NCBI GenBank assembly: GCA_036821645.1
Contig: DAISJD010000001.1
Span: 1,700 to 65,699 of the forward strand
DNA length: 64,000 nucleotides
DNA from: Aliidongia sp.
Lineage (GTDB): Bacteria; Pseudomonadota; Alphaproteobacteria; ATCC43930; CGMCC-115725
Direction of reading: 5' to 3'
Below the pieces are notes generated by a model. The model made no database searches, was not told the DNA's origin, and saw only the letters and a program-made list of their open reading frames with translations. This document shows positions 29,334 to 38,628 of the stretch, in pieces. Numbering within the stretch: the first letter of the stretch is position 1; the number at the start of each line of letters is the position of its first letter. The position numbers were made by a program, and so were the translations under genes.

Positions 29334-29537
29334 AAATTTTCTCACACCTCTGTATTTAAATGATTTTCATTCTCATTTTTGTTGTATTTTGCACTTATAA
29401 TCACTAAATTGTAGCGATAATCAAACGGTCGGTTGTTTTTTCCTTACCGGTAGAATATCGACCTCCTGTAATACATTATGACCTGAAATGGTTTTTAGAA
29501 AAACTCAAATGGTCGGTCGATTAAGGATTTTAACGTC

Positions 29538-30044
29538 ATGTCAACATTGTTGAGTACCTTGCGCCCAAACGGCAAACCACCCACAGTCCCAACAATAAAA
29601 ATTATCGTAATTTGCTGGATCGGTGCCTTTCTCGCCATTGCGACTGCCGCCCTTGCCGCCCTTGAAACCCACGAAATGCTGGTACTGGGCTCGTTCGGGG
29701 CGACCTGCGTCCTGTTATTCGGGTTTCCCGACAGTCCCTTTTCCCAACCCCGCCATGTCATCGGCGGCCATCTCATCACATCGGCCACCGGGTTGGTGTT
29801 TTTAATGCTGTTCGGCAGTACATGGTGGAGCATGGGCCTCGCCACCGCCACCGCGATCAGTTTGATGCAGGTGACGCGGACGGTTCATCCCCCCGCCGGA
29901 TCGAACCCGGTCATCGTCATGCTGTCGCAGCCCAGTTGGTGGTTTTTATTGTTCCCGACCCTGATCGGGATTCTGATCATCCAAGCCGTGGGTTTGGTTT
30001 GGCACAAGCTGAACCGCCGGACATACCCGACTTACTGGGTTTGA
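29538..30044 (+). CDS. HPP-family integral membrane protein
   Basis: 4 TM segments. LGSFGATCVLLFG...PFSQPRHVIGGHLIT...VHPPAGSNP (the eponymous HPP motif). Confidence 0.75.
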   Translation: MSTLLSTLRPNGKPPTVPTIKIIVICWIGAFLAIATAALAALETHEMLVLGSFGATCVLLFGFPDSPFSQPRHVIGGHLITSATGLVFLMLFGSTWWSMGLATATAISLMQVTRTVHPPAGSNPVIVMLSQPSWWFLLFPTLIGILIIQAVGLVWHKLNRRTYPTYWV

Positions 30045-30063
30045 TTTCATTCATTACAACCTT

Positions 30064-30852
30064 ATGGGAAAGGCCGTCATGTCTGCACTCGCTCACCTTG
30101 ATCAGGGTCATGTCTATGAGAAACTTGATCAGGCGGCCTTGGATAGTCTGCGCAAAGACCATGCCTGGATCGCAGAACCTATCCATCGGGCGAGTGAGGC
30201 GGTCGCCGCCATGCCGTTTTATGCCTGGCTCGATCGGATCCAATCACCGCAGGAATTTCATAACGCGGCGGTCAACCTCTATCATCATTCGGCGACATTT
30301 CCCAAAGTCATGGGGCTGATGCTGGCGACGACGCCCATGAGTGAAAATCCCATGATGAATTTCTACGCCAAACATGCCTATGGCGAAGCCCCGCATTATG
30401 AAATGTTGATGCAGTGGATGATGAAGTTCGACATCCTGCCCCATCGGGATGCGATCCTCGACGTCATCCCCACGATCGAAACCAATGCCTGCATCAATTT
30501 GGCCTATCCGCTGGCGCTGGCGGCGGATCGGGATCAGTGGGTTTTAACCATCAATTGCGGGATCGAACGCTGTTCCAACGATTTCTTCAAGGCCGTCGCC
30601 CGGAAAATGCACCAGATCGGGGCGGGCGACATTTATTTCGACATTCACGTCGAAGCCGATGAATTTCACAGCATCATGGGCCTCGACCATGTCACCCCGC
30701 AAGACCCGACCAGCCGCCGGGGCCGCCACCTGATCGCAAAATCCCTGGAAGGCATCGCACTCTGGGCGGCAATGCTCCATTCCTGGATCGGCCTCGACTA
30801 CCTGCCGAAATTCGCCCTGGACGGCACGGTCCTGAACCCGATCCGGTCGTGA
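30064..30852 (+). CDS. heme-oxygenase-like di-iron (iron-containing redox enzyme) family protein, tentative
   Basis: 262 aa, all-helical character. Candidate ligand motifs GEAPH (ExxH) and HVEADEFH (DxxH). 20 bp downstream of the HPP gene. Confidence 0.4.
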   Translation: MGKAVMSALAHLDQGHVYEKLDQAALDSLRKDHAWIAEPIHRASEAVAAMPFYAWLDRIQSPQEFHNAAVNLYHHSATFPKVMGLMLATTPMSENPMMNFYAKHAYGEAPHYEMLMQWMMKFDILPHRDAILDVIPTIETNACINLAYPLALAADRDQWVLTINCGIERCSNDFFKAVARKMHQIGAGDIYFDIHVEADEFHSIMGLDHVTPQDPTSRRGRHLIAKSLEGIALWAAMLHSWIGLDYLPKFALDGTVLNPIRS

Positions 30853-30929
30853 TCCGTTTCAAAACAACAAAGCCGGTTTCGTCCCAATTGGATGGAAACC
30901 GGCCTCACCTTTGATCGTATAGAAAGGCC

Positions 30930-31262
30930 CTAGCGAGGCGGTTCCGACGCCGCACCGCGATACTCGATCTCGATCGGATAAGCGCCCATCATGATGTGCG
31001 TTTTCTGTTCCAACACGTGCCCCTTGTCATCATCGGTAATGATGATCAATTTATTATCCGTTTCCCACCGCATGTGACGCACGACGTTTGTATCGCTGTA
31101 AAAAATCATCGTCTCGGCATCCTGTCGGCTTTGCGATGGCATGATCGGACGGATAAAACTATCCTTCACGGAGATTGTCGCCGATTTGAACCGATAACCA
31201 TTGCTGCAACTTGTATATTCATAGAGTGCGATAAATCGTGTATTCGGTGAGAGTTTTTTCAT
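30930..31262 (-). CDS. hypothetical protein, paralog of 31506-31943; N-terminal TM part appears frameshifted away
   Basis: AT-rich ORF. C-terminus HMRWETDNKLIIITDDDKGHVLEQKTHIMMGAYPIEIEYRG aligns with the paralog's GMKWVSDDRLVILINGDPGRAFTHKSYIMMGDDPIDIEYRA. Confidence 0.45.
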   Translation of the reverse strand: MKKLSPNTRFIALYEYTSCSNGYRFKSATISVKDSFIRPIMPSQSRQDAETMIFYSDTNVVRHMRWETDNKLIIITDDDKGHVLEQKTHIMMGAYPIEIEYRGAASEPPR

Positions 31263-31505
31263 TTTGGTTGGACCAAAACAAAGATCAAAGGGATTAAAGT
31301 AAATATTGATAAATATCAGAACTATACTTATAATTATGCAACCTAATATCCTAATTGCTAAAAAAAATCGCTAATTTCATAAAACCAATCATGAATTTTT
31401 TAAAGAAATTTATCATCACGAAAAAATCCTTTTTTTATAGTTGGGCGGTGCAATCTATTGGGTACTGGATCGTTACCGGATTTCAGGAATAACCCCCGAC
31501 AACGG

Positions 31506-31943
31506 TCAGTCCCGTGGCACCGGGCCAGTCGCGCGATACTCGATGTCGATCGGATCATCCCCCATCATAATGTAACTTTTATGCGTGAAAGCGCGACCCG
31601 GATCTCCATTGATCAGAATGACCAATCGGTCATCCGATACCCATTTCATGCCGACCACCTCATCATAATCCGACACATAGATGATGTTTTTTTCGGGTCG
31701 CGCGAACCAAAGCCAGATGAATGTCCCAGTTTTTGAGACCGAGACAGTGCCGGTCAGCACAGAAATCGCACCGCCGCAAATTTCATAGGTATAATCTGCT
31801 GAAAATCGATGTGTCGGTGAATATTCATAGAAAGAATTTCTAACATCGCATACGGCAAGACCAGAATATATAATAAGAACAAAAATAAATATAATATAAG
31901 TTACCGTCCAACTCAGTATTTTTTCCATTATTTTCATAATCAT
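31506..31943 (-). CDS. hypothetical membrane-anchored protein (N-terminal TM helix)
   Basis: 145 aa. ILSWTVTYIIFIFVLIIYSGLAV anchor. ATGA overlap with the stop of the upstream 125-aa ORF. Confidence 0.5.
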   Translation of the reverse strand: MIMKIMEKILSWTVTYIIFIFVLIIYSGLAVCDVRNSFYEYSPTHRFSADYTYEICGGAISVLTGTVSVSKTGTFIWLWFARPEKNIIYVSDYDEVVGMKWVSDDRLVILINGDPGRAFTHKSYIMMGDDPIDIEYRATGPVPRD

Positions 31944-32317
31944 TTATTTTTTCCCAATAGACCATTTTTATAGGCATTATAACCGATGATAATATCCTTT
32001 GAATTTACTGGTGAATTTCCATACTCATCCAATTCTCTTTTCGTATTGCCAAAATATCGATTAAATCGACCGGCATTAATCAGCAATGTATCGAGCGATA
32101 AATCCGCCGATGCACCAACGACCCCCAAACAAAATGAAGAAATTGCCTTCAGATTACCATCAAAATTGATAGAAAATTTATAATTATCCGGAATGATTCT
32201 ATTGATTTTATCATATTTATCTTTTTTTACAGTTGAGTTTACAGTCGGCGTCGCACAGGCCCCGCGAAAGCGCAGCCGGTCATGCCAGCGATGATTCAGA
32301 GGGGCCGCCATCTGCAT
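31940..32317 (-). CDS. hypothetical protein, possibly only a 3' gene remnant
   Basis: 125-aa ORF. The first ~25 codons are GC-rich while the rest is AT-rich. There is no ATG/GTG/TTG inside the AT-rich part and no family was recognised. Confidence 0.3.
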   Translation of the reverse strand: MQMAAPLNHRWHDRLRFRGACATPTVNSTVKKDKYDKINRIIPDNYKFSINFDGNLKAISSFCLGVVGASADLSLDTLLINAGRFNRYFGNTKRELDEYGNSPVNSKDIIIGYNAYKNGLLGKNK

Positions 32318-32458
32318 CGCATCAATCCGTTCTCATTGCCAAGATACCAATGAGAACATAAAAAGATTTTACTGAATGCGCAACAGGCAAATAGTTGAGA
32401 TTCTAATTTTTTCTTCTCTTGTTCTTATTACACCCCCCTCCCTACAAATCCGATCGGG

Positions 32459-33421
32459 TCAAATCTGATTCAGGCGCGAAATGGACCCGTCGCTGTCGAT
32501 TTCCCGGATCGCATCGGCCAACAGATGGGCGACCGAGATCCGGCGGATTTTGGGACAGGCGGCGGCCTCGGCGGTGCTGGCGATTGAATCGGTTGCGACC
32601 AATTCTTCGAGATCGGATTTCATGATCCGGTCCACCGCCGCCCCGGACAGGACGCCATGGGTGACATAGGCCGTGACCGACAAGGCCCCCGCCTTGCGCA
32701 GCGCGGTTGCGGCATTGCAGAGCGTGCCGGCGGAATCCGCGATATCGTCGATCATCACGCAATGCCGCCCTTCGACCGACCCGATAATGTTCATCACCTC
32801 GCTCACCCCCGCCATCGGGCGGCGTTTGTCGATGATGGCAAGATCCTGGGGTTGGCGCTTATTGTCGCCCGACAGGCGCCCCAACAGACGCCGCGCCCGC
32901 ACGACCCCGCCAAGATCGGGCGACACGATCGTCACCCCGTCGATATTATAGCCGCGATGGCGTTGCACATCCTGGGCGAACAGGGGGGCCGCCTCCAGAT
33001 GATCGACCGGAATATCGAAAAAACCCTGGATCTGACCCGCATGCAGATCGAGGGTCAAGATCCGGTCGATCCCCGCCGCCACCAGCATATTCGCGACCAG
33101 CTTCGCCGAAATCGGCGAGCGCGACCCGGTTTTGCGATCCTGACGGGCGTAACCGAAATAGGGCATGACGGCGGTGATCTGACGGGCCGACCCGCGCCGC
33201 AGCGTATCCGCCACGATCAGCAATTCCATCAACGTATCGTTCGACGGGTTGGAAGTCGGCTGAACGATATAGACATCCTCGCCGCGCACATTCTCATGGA
33301 TCTCGACATGCACCTCCTGGTCGGCAAACCGGCGCAACGAGGCCGCAACCGGCTGTAAATATAACACGTCGCAAATCGCCTGACCCAAGGCCGGGTTCGA
33401 TGAACCGATGAGAACCTTCAT
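32459..33421 (-). CDS. prs: ribose-phosphate pyrophosphokinase
   Basis: MKVLIGSSNPALGQAI..., YFGYARQDRK, DLHAGQIQGFF, VSPDLGGVVRAR, IIDDIADSAGT motifs. Trimmed to ATG 33421. Confidence 0.9.
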   Translation of the reverse strand: MKVLIGSSNPALGQAICDVLYLQPVAASLRRFADQEVHVEIHENVRGEDVYIVQPTSNPSNDTLMELLIVADTLRRGSARQITAVMPYFGYARQDRKTGSRSPISAKLVANMLVAAGIDRILTLDLHAGQIQGFFDIPVDHLEAAPLFAQDVQRHRGYNIDGVTIVSPDLGGVVRARRLLGRLSGDNKRQPQDLAIIDKRRPMAGVSEVMNIIGSVEGRHCVMIDDIADSAGTLCNAATALRKAGALSVTAYVTHGVLSGAAVDRIMKSDLEELVATDSIASTAEAAACPKIRRISVAHLLADAIREIDSDGSISRLNQI

Positions 33422-33694
33422 GGACGCCCTTTCATCCCCGATAGAACCCTGCCCCAACGGGCGGGCCGTTTTGCACGATCCTGCATGCCCCTCTATAGCA
33501 TTTCCCGTGCGGAACATCAGCCCGCATAGAGACGGGAGCGCCCAGCAAATTTGTCATAATTCGGGCGGGTTTTATGCGAATTTCGCTGGATTGTGCGCCG
33601 CCACCTCACCCATAATTGTTGTGTTGACCGCCTGTTTCGCGCAACCCACCGACAGCAATCTTCGCCACATCCGGCCCCATCTCGAGGATGATTC

Positions 33695-34522
33695 ATGGTT
33701 TTTGCTTCCCCCACGATCCGCTTCGGCACGCTTGCCCTGGCCGCGACCCTGACCGCTGCCGCCCATGCCGCCCCGACGGCGCAACAACAAACCGGCGATC
33801 ACGCCATGGGCTCGCAAATTCGACGGGTCGAACAAGGCACCACCCTGCACCCGTCCCACGGCACCAACGTCACCCGCCCGATCACCTCGGCCGGGACCAG
33901 CGTGTCCGGCCTCGATGTCAGTGCGTATCAAGGGACCGTGAATTGGACGAACGTCTTCAATCTGGGCGGCCGCTTCGCCTTCGTGAAGGCAACCGAAGGC
34001 ACCGGCTACACCAATCCGGTGTTCAGCACGCAATATAACGGTGCCGCCAGTGCCGGGCTTTATCGCGGGGCCTATCATTTCGGCCATCCCGACCTCTCGA
34101 CCGGGGCGGCGCAGGCGACCTTCTTCGTCAATCACGGCGGCGGGGCCGCCCATGACGGCAGGACGCTGCCCGGTGTGTTGGATATCGAATATAACCCGAA
34201 CGGTGCCGCCTGCTATGGGTTGTCGACCAGTGCGATGGTGGCGTGGCTGAGTAGTTTCACCACCCAATATAAGGCGCTCACCGGCCGCGATGCGATCATC
34301 TATACCAGTACGGCCTGGTGGTCCCAATGCACCGGCAACAGCCGCAGCTTCGCCGCAACCAACCCGCTATGGATCGCGCGCTACAACACGACCGTCGGCA
34401 CCTTGCCTTATAACTGGGGCACCTATACGTTCTGGCAATTCTCCGATACCGGCACCTTGCCCGGCGATCAGGATCTGTTCAACGGCTCTGCCACCCAATT
34501 GCAAGCCATCGTGAACGGTTAA
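33695..34522 (+). CDS. secreted GH25 muramidase (lysozyme)
   Basis: Signal peptide, then GLDVSAYQGTVNW...FAFVKATEGTGYTNP...YHFGHP...VLDIEYNP (GH25 DxE context). Confidence 0.8.
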   Translation: MVFASPTIRFGTLALAATLTAAAHAAPTAQQQTGDHAMGSQIRRVEQGTTLHPSHGTNVTRPITSAGTSVSGLDVSAYQGTVNWTNVFNLGGRFAFVKATEGTGYTNPVFSTQYNGAASAGLYRGAYHFGHPDLSTGAAQATFFVNHGGGAAHDGRTLPGVLDIEYNPNGAACYGLSTSAMVAWLSSFTTQYKALTGRDAIIYTSTAWWSQCTGNSRSFAATNPLWIARYNTTVGTLPYNWGTYTFWQFSDTGTLPGDQDLFNGSATQLQAIVNG

Positions 34523-34544
34523 CCTCCAACGAAAGCCCCCGCCC

Positions 34545-34958
34545 ATGAGCACAATTCAGACCCTGCCGGTCACACCCTACCTTACGGTCGGGGATGCGGC
34601 GGGGGCCATTGCCTTCTATCAAAAAGCCTTCGGTGCTACCTTGGGCGAACATCACCTGCATGAGAGCGGCCGCACGATGCACGCCCATCTGGGCTTCCCA
34701 GAGGGTGGCAGTATCATGCTGAGCGATGATTTCCCGGAATTTCACGGCCATTCCCGGACACCCCTGGCCCTTGGCAGTACGCCCGTGACGATCCATCTGT
34801 GCTTTACCCCCAACACGATCGATCGGGTCTGGGCCGATGCGGTCGCCGCCGGGGCCACGATCACCATGCCGCTCGAAAAGCAATTTTGGGGCGATAAATA
34901 CGGCCGCCTGAAAGACCCCTTCGGCCATGAATGGTCCCTGTCGGCACCGACGTCGTAA
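34545..34958 (+). CDS. VOC/glyoxalase-fold protein (PhnB-like)
   Basis: 137 aa. PYLTVGDAAGAIAFYQKAFGA...FWGDKYGRLKDPFGHEWSL. Confidence 0.7.
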   Translation: MSTIQTLPVTPYLTVGDAAGAIAFYQKAFGATLGEHHLHESGRTMHAHLGFPEGGSIMLSDDFPEFHGHSRTPLALGSTPVTIHLCFTPNTIDRVWADAVAAGATITMPLEKQFWGDKYGRLKDPFGHEWSLSAPTS

Positions 34959-34999
34959 GAAGATGCATGACCTGCTGCGGCGGCCACCTCCGCAGCAGG

Positions 35000-35422
35000 T
35001 CAATGTTTATGCGGTCGCTCGCCGATGGAGATGACCAGGACCGTATCGACGAAATCCTTGCCCAAAACCTCCCGCGCCGTTTCCAAGAGCCGTTCCTTGA
35101 TCAAAGGCAACGGCACCGGACCATTGCCCGGCGGGGCGGAATCGTAAACATCGGATAGGGTCAAGAACAACGCGTCCATCAGGCGGCGCCGGTTCGGTTC
35201 AATCTCTGCCTCAAGCTTGCCCTCATGCAGTTCAAGACTGAGCAGGATACTGACCTCGCGTTCGATTTTATTGGTATTGCCGATGACCGAAAAGGATATA
35301 GGCTTCAGCCGGGCGTAGACGGGGCCAGCCCCCTTGCCCTCACCGCCACCTTCCGCCGCCCGCACCGGCCCCGCGAGACACGCAATCAGGATCAGGATCA
35401 AACAGGATCGGATAATCCCCAT
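35000..35422 (-). CDS. FliL-like small membrane/periplasmic protein (tentative)
   Basis: Signal/anchor, then PVYARLKPISFSVIG...REVSILLSLEL... pattern resembling FliL family proteins. Confidence 0.4.
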   Translation of the reverse strand: MGIIRSCLILILIACLAGPVRAAEGGGEGKGAGPVYARLKPISFSVIGNTNKIEREVSILLSLELHEGKLEAEIEPNRRRLMDALFLTLSDVYDSAPPGNGPVPLPLIKERLLETAREVLGKDFVDTVLVISIGERPHKH

Positions 35423-35481
35423 AGGGCGACCTCATGAAAAAGCGCCAGCAAGAGACGCCCGATCAGTATCGCCACCAATGG

Positions 35482-36516
35482 TTAATAAATTCCGTGCGCC
35501 CCGTCATGGGTCCAGCCGCGCCGCGATAGGGGGACGGGGGTCCCGCCGGGCGTCTCCAATACTGACAGAGCGGGCCGGTCCCGATCGCCCCTTGTCAGGC
35601 ACCCGATCTGGGTGACCGCAACACCCGCCGCCGCCGCCGCCGCCTGCACCGACGTCGCCCGATCGGGGGCAACCGTGAACAGCAATTCGTAATCGTCGCC
35701 CCCGGTCAAAACCGTCTCGATCATAGCGGGCCTCGCCGCCAGCACCCGCCCGGTCGCAGGCGATACGGGGACGTGATCGACCCAAAGTTCCGCCCGCACC
35801 CGCGAGGCTGCACAGAGATGATCGAGATCGGCCACCAACCCGTCCGAAACATCCATCATGGCGTGGGCGAGCCCGCGCAGGGCAGGGCCGAGCCTGGTGC
35901 GCGGTTGCGGCAAGCGATAGCGATCGGCCAGAAAGGCCTGGTCGGCTGGCGCGCAATCGGAAAGGCACCCCGTCGCCGCCAAGAGCCCAAGGGCGCCATC
36001 CCCGATCGTCCCGGATACGAAGATAAGATCGCCCGCAAGCGCCCCGGATCGCCGGATCGCCGTGCCGAGCGGGACATGCCCAAGCGCCGTGATCGATAGG
36101 GTGATCGGACCCGGCGTCGAGACCGAATCCCCCCCCAAAAGCCCCAGATCGAAGATATCTTGATCCTGCGCCAAACCCGCCGCAAATCCGGCGACCCAGT
36201 CATCGTCGCACCGCCGGGGCAAGGCTATCGTCAGCAGATAGCCCCGAGGTACAGCCCCCATCGCCGCCAGATCCGACAGGTTAGTGCGCAACAATTTGCG
36301 CGCGACATCGTGGGGGGCATCAGTGCCGAGAAAATGGACCCCCTCGACCTGGGCATCCGCCGTCAGCACAAGTTCGATCCCCGGGGGCCCCGCGATGAGG
36401 GCGGCGTCATCGACAAGGCCGAGCGCACCCGGCTCACGGGCGGCAAGCGGCGCGAAATAGGCCGATATCCGGCCAAATTCGCCGAGACCTTTCCCCGCGA
36501 GGCCGCCCCCGGTCAT
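35482..36516 (-). CDS. thiL: thiamine-monophosphate kinase
   Basis: GEFGRISAYFAPLA...DDAALI...DAQVEGVHF...NLSDLAAMGA...GGD motifs. Start ATG 36516 overlaps the nusB stop. Confidence 0.85.
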   Translation of the reverse strand: MTGGGLAGKGLGEFGRISAYFAPLAAREPGALGLVDDAALIAGPPGIELVLTADAQVEGVHFLGTDAPHDVARKLLRTNLSDLAAMGAVPRGYLLTIALPRRCDDDWVAGFAAGLAQDQDIFDLGLLGGDSVSTPGPITLSITALGHVPLGTAIRRSGALAGDLIFVSGTIGDGALGLLAATGCLSDCAPADQAFLADRYRLPQPRTRLGPALRGLAHAMMDVSDGLVADLDHLCAASRVRAELWVDHVPVSPATGRVLAARPAMIETVLTGGDDYELLFTVAPDRATSVQAAAAAAGVAVTQIGCLTRGDRDRPALSVLETPGGTPVPLSRRGWTHDGAHGIY

Positions 36517-37031
36517 ACCGTGGCGTCGCCTTTCTTCACCCCATGCAGCGCCTGCCATTCATCCGTGCGCAGCGTGCGCCCCAAACGGTCCAGCACGCCA
36601 TTGATCAGACCCGGTTCCCGTCCGGTAAAGAAGGCATGGGCAATATCGACATATTCGGCAATCACGACCCGCGCCGGCACATCGGCACGACAGGCAAGCT
36701 CGAACGTCGCAACCCGCAGGATCGCCCGTAAAATCGTTTCCAACCGGTCGAGCGGCCATTCTGCCGTCAAGCACCCTAGAATATGCTGATCGAGCGTGTC
36801 TTTCTGCGCCAGGGTCCCCGTGACCAATTCCCGGAACAAGACCTCATCCGGGGCCAGATATTCATCGCCGTCGATTTCCTGACCCAGATAGAACTGCACG
36901 AATTGGGCGATGGTTTGTTGGCCGGTACTGCCGGTCAGGTCGATTTGATACAGGGCTTGAACCGCCGCCAACCGTGCCGCACTGCGCGGACTGCCCGTGC
37001 GGACCGCCCGTTTCTTTTCAGACTCACTCAT
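36513..37031 (-). CDS. nusB: transcription antitermination factor NusB
   Basis: RSAARLAAVQALYQ...ILRVATFEL...VVIAEYVDIAHAFF, and synteny with ribH. Confidence 0.9.
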   Translation of the reverse strand: MSESEKKRAVRTGSPRSAARLAAVQALYQIDLTGSTGQQTIAQFVQFYLGQEIDGDEYLAPDEVLFRELVTGTLAQKDTLDQHILGCLTAEWPLDRLETILRAILRVATFELACRADVPARVVIAEYVDIAHAFFTGREPGLINGVLDRLGRTLRTDEWQALHGVKKGDATV

Positions 37032-37495
37032 TCAGACTTGTCCCATAAACGCGTTTTGAGGGCGATCATCGCCAAGGCCGCATTCGCCGCCTCCGCCCCT
37101 TTGTTTTTCTTGCTCCGCAAGGCGCGGGCCCAGGCCTGGTCGTCGTTTTCGACGGTCAAAATCCCAAAGCCGATGGCAAGCCCATGGCGCAGAGAGAGAT
37201 CCGACAGGCCCCGCGCACTCTCGGCGCAGACATAATCATAATGGGTCGTCTCGCCGCGAATGACGCAACCCAAAGCCACATACCCATCATAGGTCCGGCG
37301 CAGATGCTGACCCTGCGGCATGACGAGCCCAGATGCCATCGCGATCGCAGTCGGAATCTCGAAAGCGCCCGGCACCGCCAGCGTATCGAACCGCGCGCCT
37401 GCGGCCGTTAGGGCTTCTTGTGCGCCAGCCCGCAACTCGGCCGCAATTTCACGATAATAGGGGGCTTCGACGATCAAGAGATGCGGCGCGCTCAT
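37028..37495 (-). CDS. ribH: 6,7-dimethyl-8-ribityllumazine synthase
   Basis: 155 aa. VPGAFEIP and GCVIRGETTHYDYV motifs. Confidence 0.9.
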   Translation of the reverse strand: MSAPHLLIVEAPYYREIAAELRAGAQEALTAAGARFDTLAVPGAFEIPTAIAMASGLVMPQGQHLRRTYDGYVALGCVIRGETTHYDYVCAESARGLSDLSLRHGLAIGFGILTVENDDQAWARALRSKKNKGAEAANAALAMIALKTRLWDKSE

Positions 37496-38628
37496 GAGAC
37501 GGCTCCTGTCGGGGAATGCGGACCTTGAACAATCGGCTGTTGGCCCGTGATGGTGAGACCGTAGCCGTCGAGGCCGACGATCGTCTTGCGGGTATTGGAG
37601 AGTAAAATCATTTCTTTCACGCCGAGATCCAACAGGATTTGCGCACCGACGCCATAATCGCGCAACTGTGCGGCCGCCGTCTGATGGCCCAGATGATGGC
37701 GGACCTGATCGCCGAGCGCCGTTCCCGGCGATTCCCGCAGCAGGACGATGACGCCACGCCCGGCGGCCCCAATGGTCTGCATCGCGCTTTGCAACTCGCC
37801 GCCGCGCCCGCCGGTCCCGCAGCCCAGCACGTCATCCAACAGATTGAGCCCATGCATCCGTACCAGAACCGGCCCACCCGTCGTGACATCGCCTGCAACC
37901 AAGGCCAAATGTTCAATATTGTTCAGGGTATTGACATAGACGATCACTCGAAAGGCCCCGCCGAACCGGCTGGTGATCGTCGTTTCGACGCTGCGCGCCA
38001 CCAATTTCTCGTGGCGACGCCGATAGGCGATGAGATCGGCGATCGTCGCGATCTTCAACTGATGGGTCGCAGCAAAATCGATGAGATCGGATCGGCGCGC
38101 CATCGTGCCGTCATCCTTCATGATCTCGCAGATCACCCCGGATGGGTTCAATCCGGCAAGCCGCGCGATATCGACCGAGGCTTCGGTATGGCCGGTCCGC
38201 ACCAGGACGCCGCCGTCGCGGGCCATCAACGGGAAAATATGGCCGGGGGTGACGAGATCGTAGGCCGTTTTCTCGGGATCGATCGCAACCGCAATCGTGC
38301 GGGCCCGATCCGGGGCCGAAATGCCCGTCGTCACCCCTTCGCGCGCCTCGATCGACACCGTAAAGGCCGTTTGCAGGCGCGAACTATTATGTTGGGGCAT
38401 CAAGGGCAGTTTCAAAGCCTCGACCCGTTCGCGGGTCAAGGCCAAACAAATCAACCCACGCCCAAATTTTGCCATAAAATTAATGGCCTCGGGCGTCGCC
38501 TTGTCGCCCGGGATGACGAGATCGCCCTCGTTTTCGCGATCTTCGTCATCGACCAGTATGAACATCCGGCCCTGGCGCGCATCCTCGATCACATCCTCGA
38601 TCGAGGAAAAAATTGCTGATTTCGTCAT
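37492..38628 (-). CDS. ribBA: bifunctional DHBP synthase / GTP cyclohydrolase II
   Basis: VDDEDRENEGDL and RTGHTEASVD in the RibB half. The C-terminal half has GTP cyclohydrolase II-like length and sequence. Confidence 0.9.
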   Translation of the reverse strand: MTKSAIFSSIEDVIEDARQGRMFILVDDEDRENEGDLVIPGDKATPEAINFMAKFGRGLICLALTRERVEALKLPLMPQHNSSRLQTAFTVSIEAREGVTTGISAPDRARTIAVAIDPEKTAYDLVTPGHIFPLMARDGGVLVRTGHTEASVDIARLAGLNPSGVICEIMKDDGTMARRSDLIDFAATHQLKIATIADLIAYRRRHEKLVARSVETTITSRFGGAFRVIVYVNTLNNIEHLALVAGDVTTGGPVLVRMHGLNLLDDVLGCGTGGRGGELQSAMQTIGAAGRGVIVLLRESPGTALGDQVRHHLGHQTAAAQLRDYGVGAQILLDLGVKEMILLSNTRKTIVGLDGYGLTITGQQPIVQGPHSPTGAVS

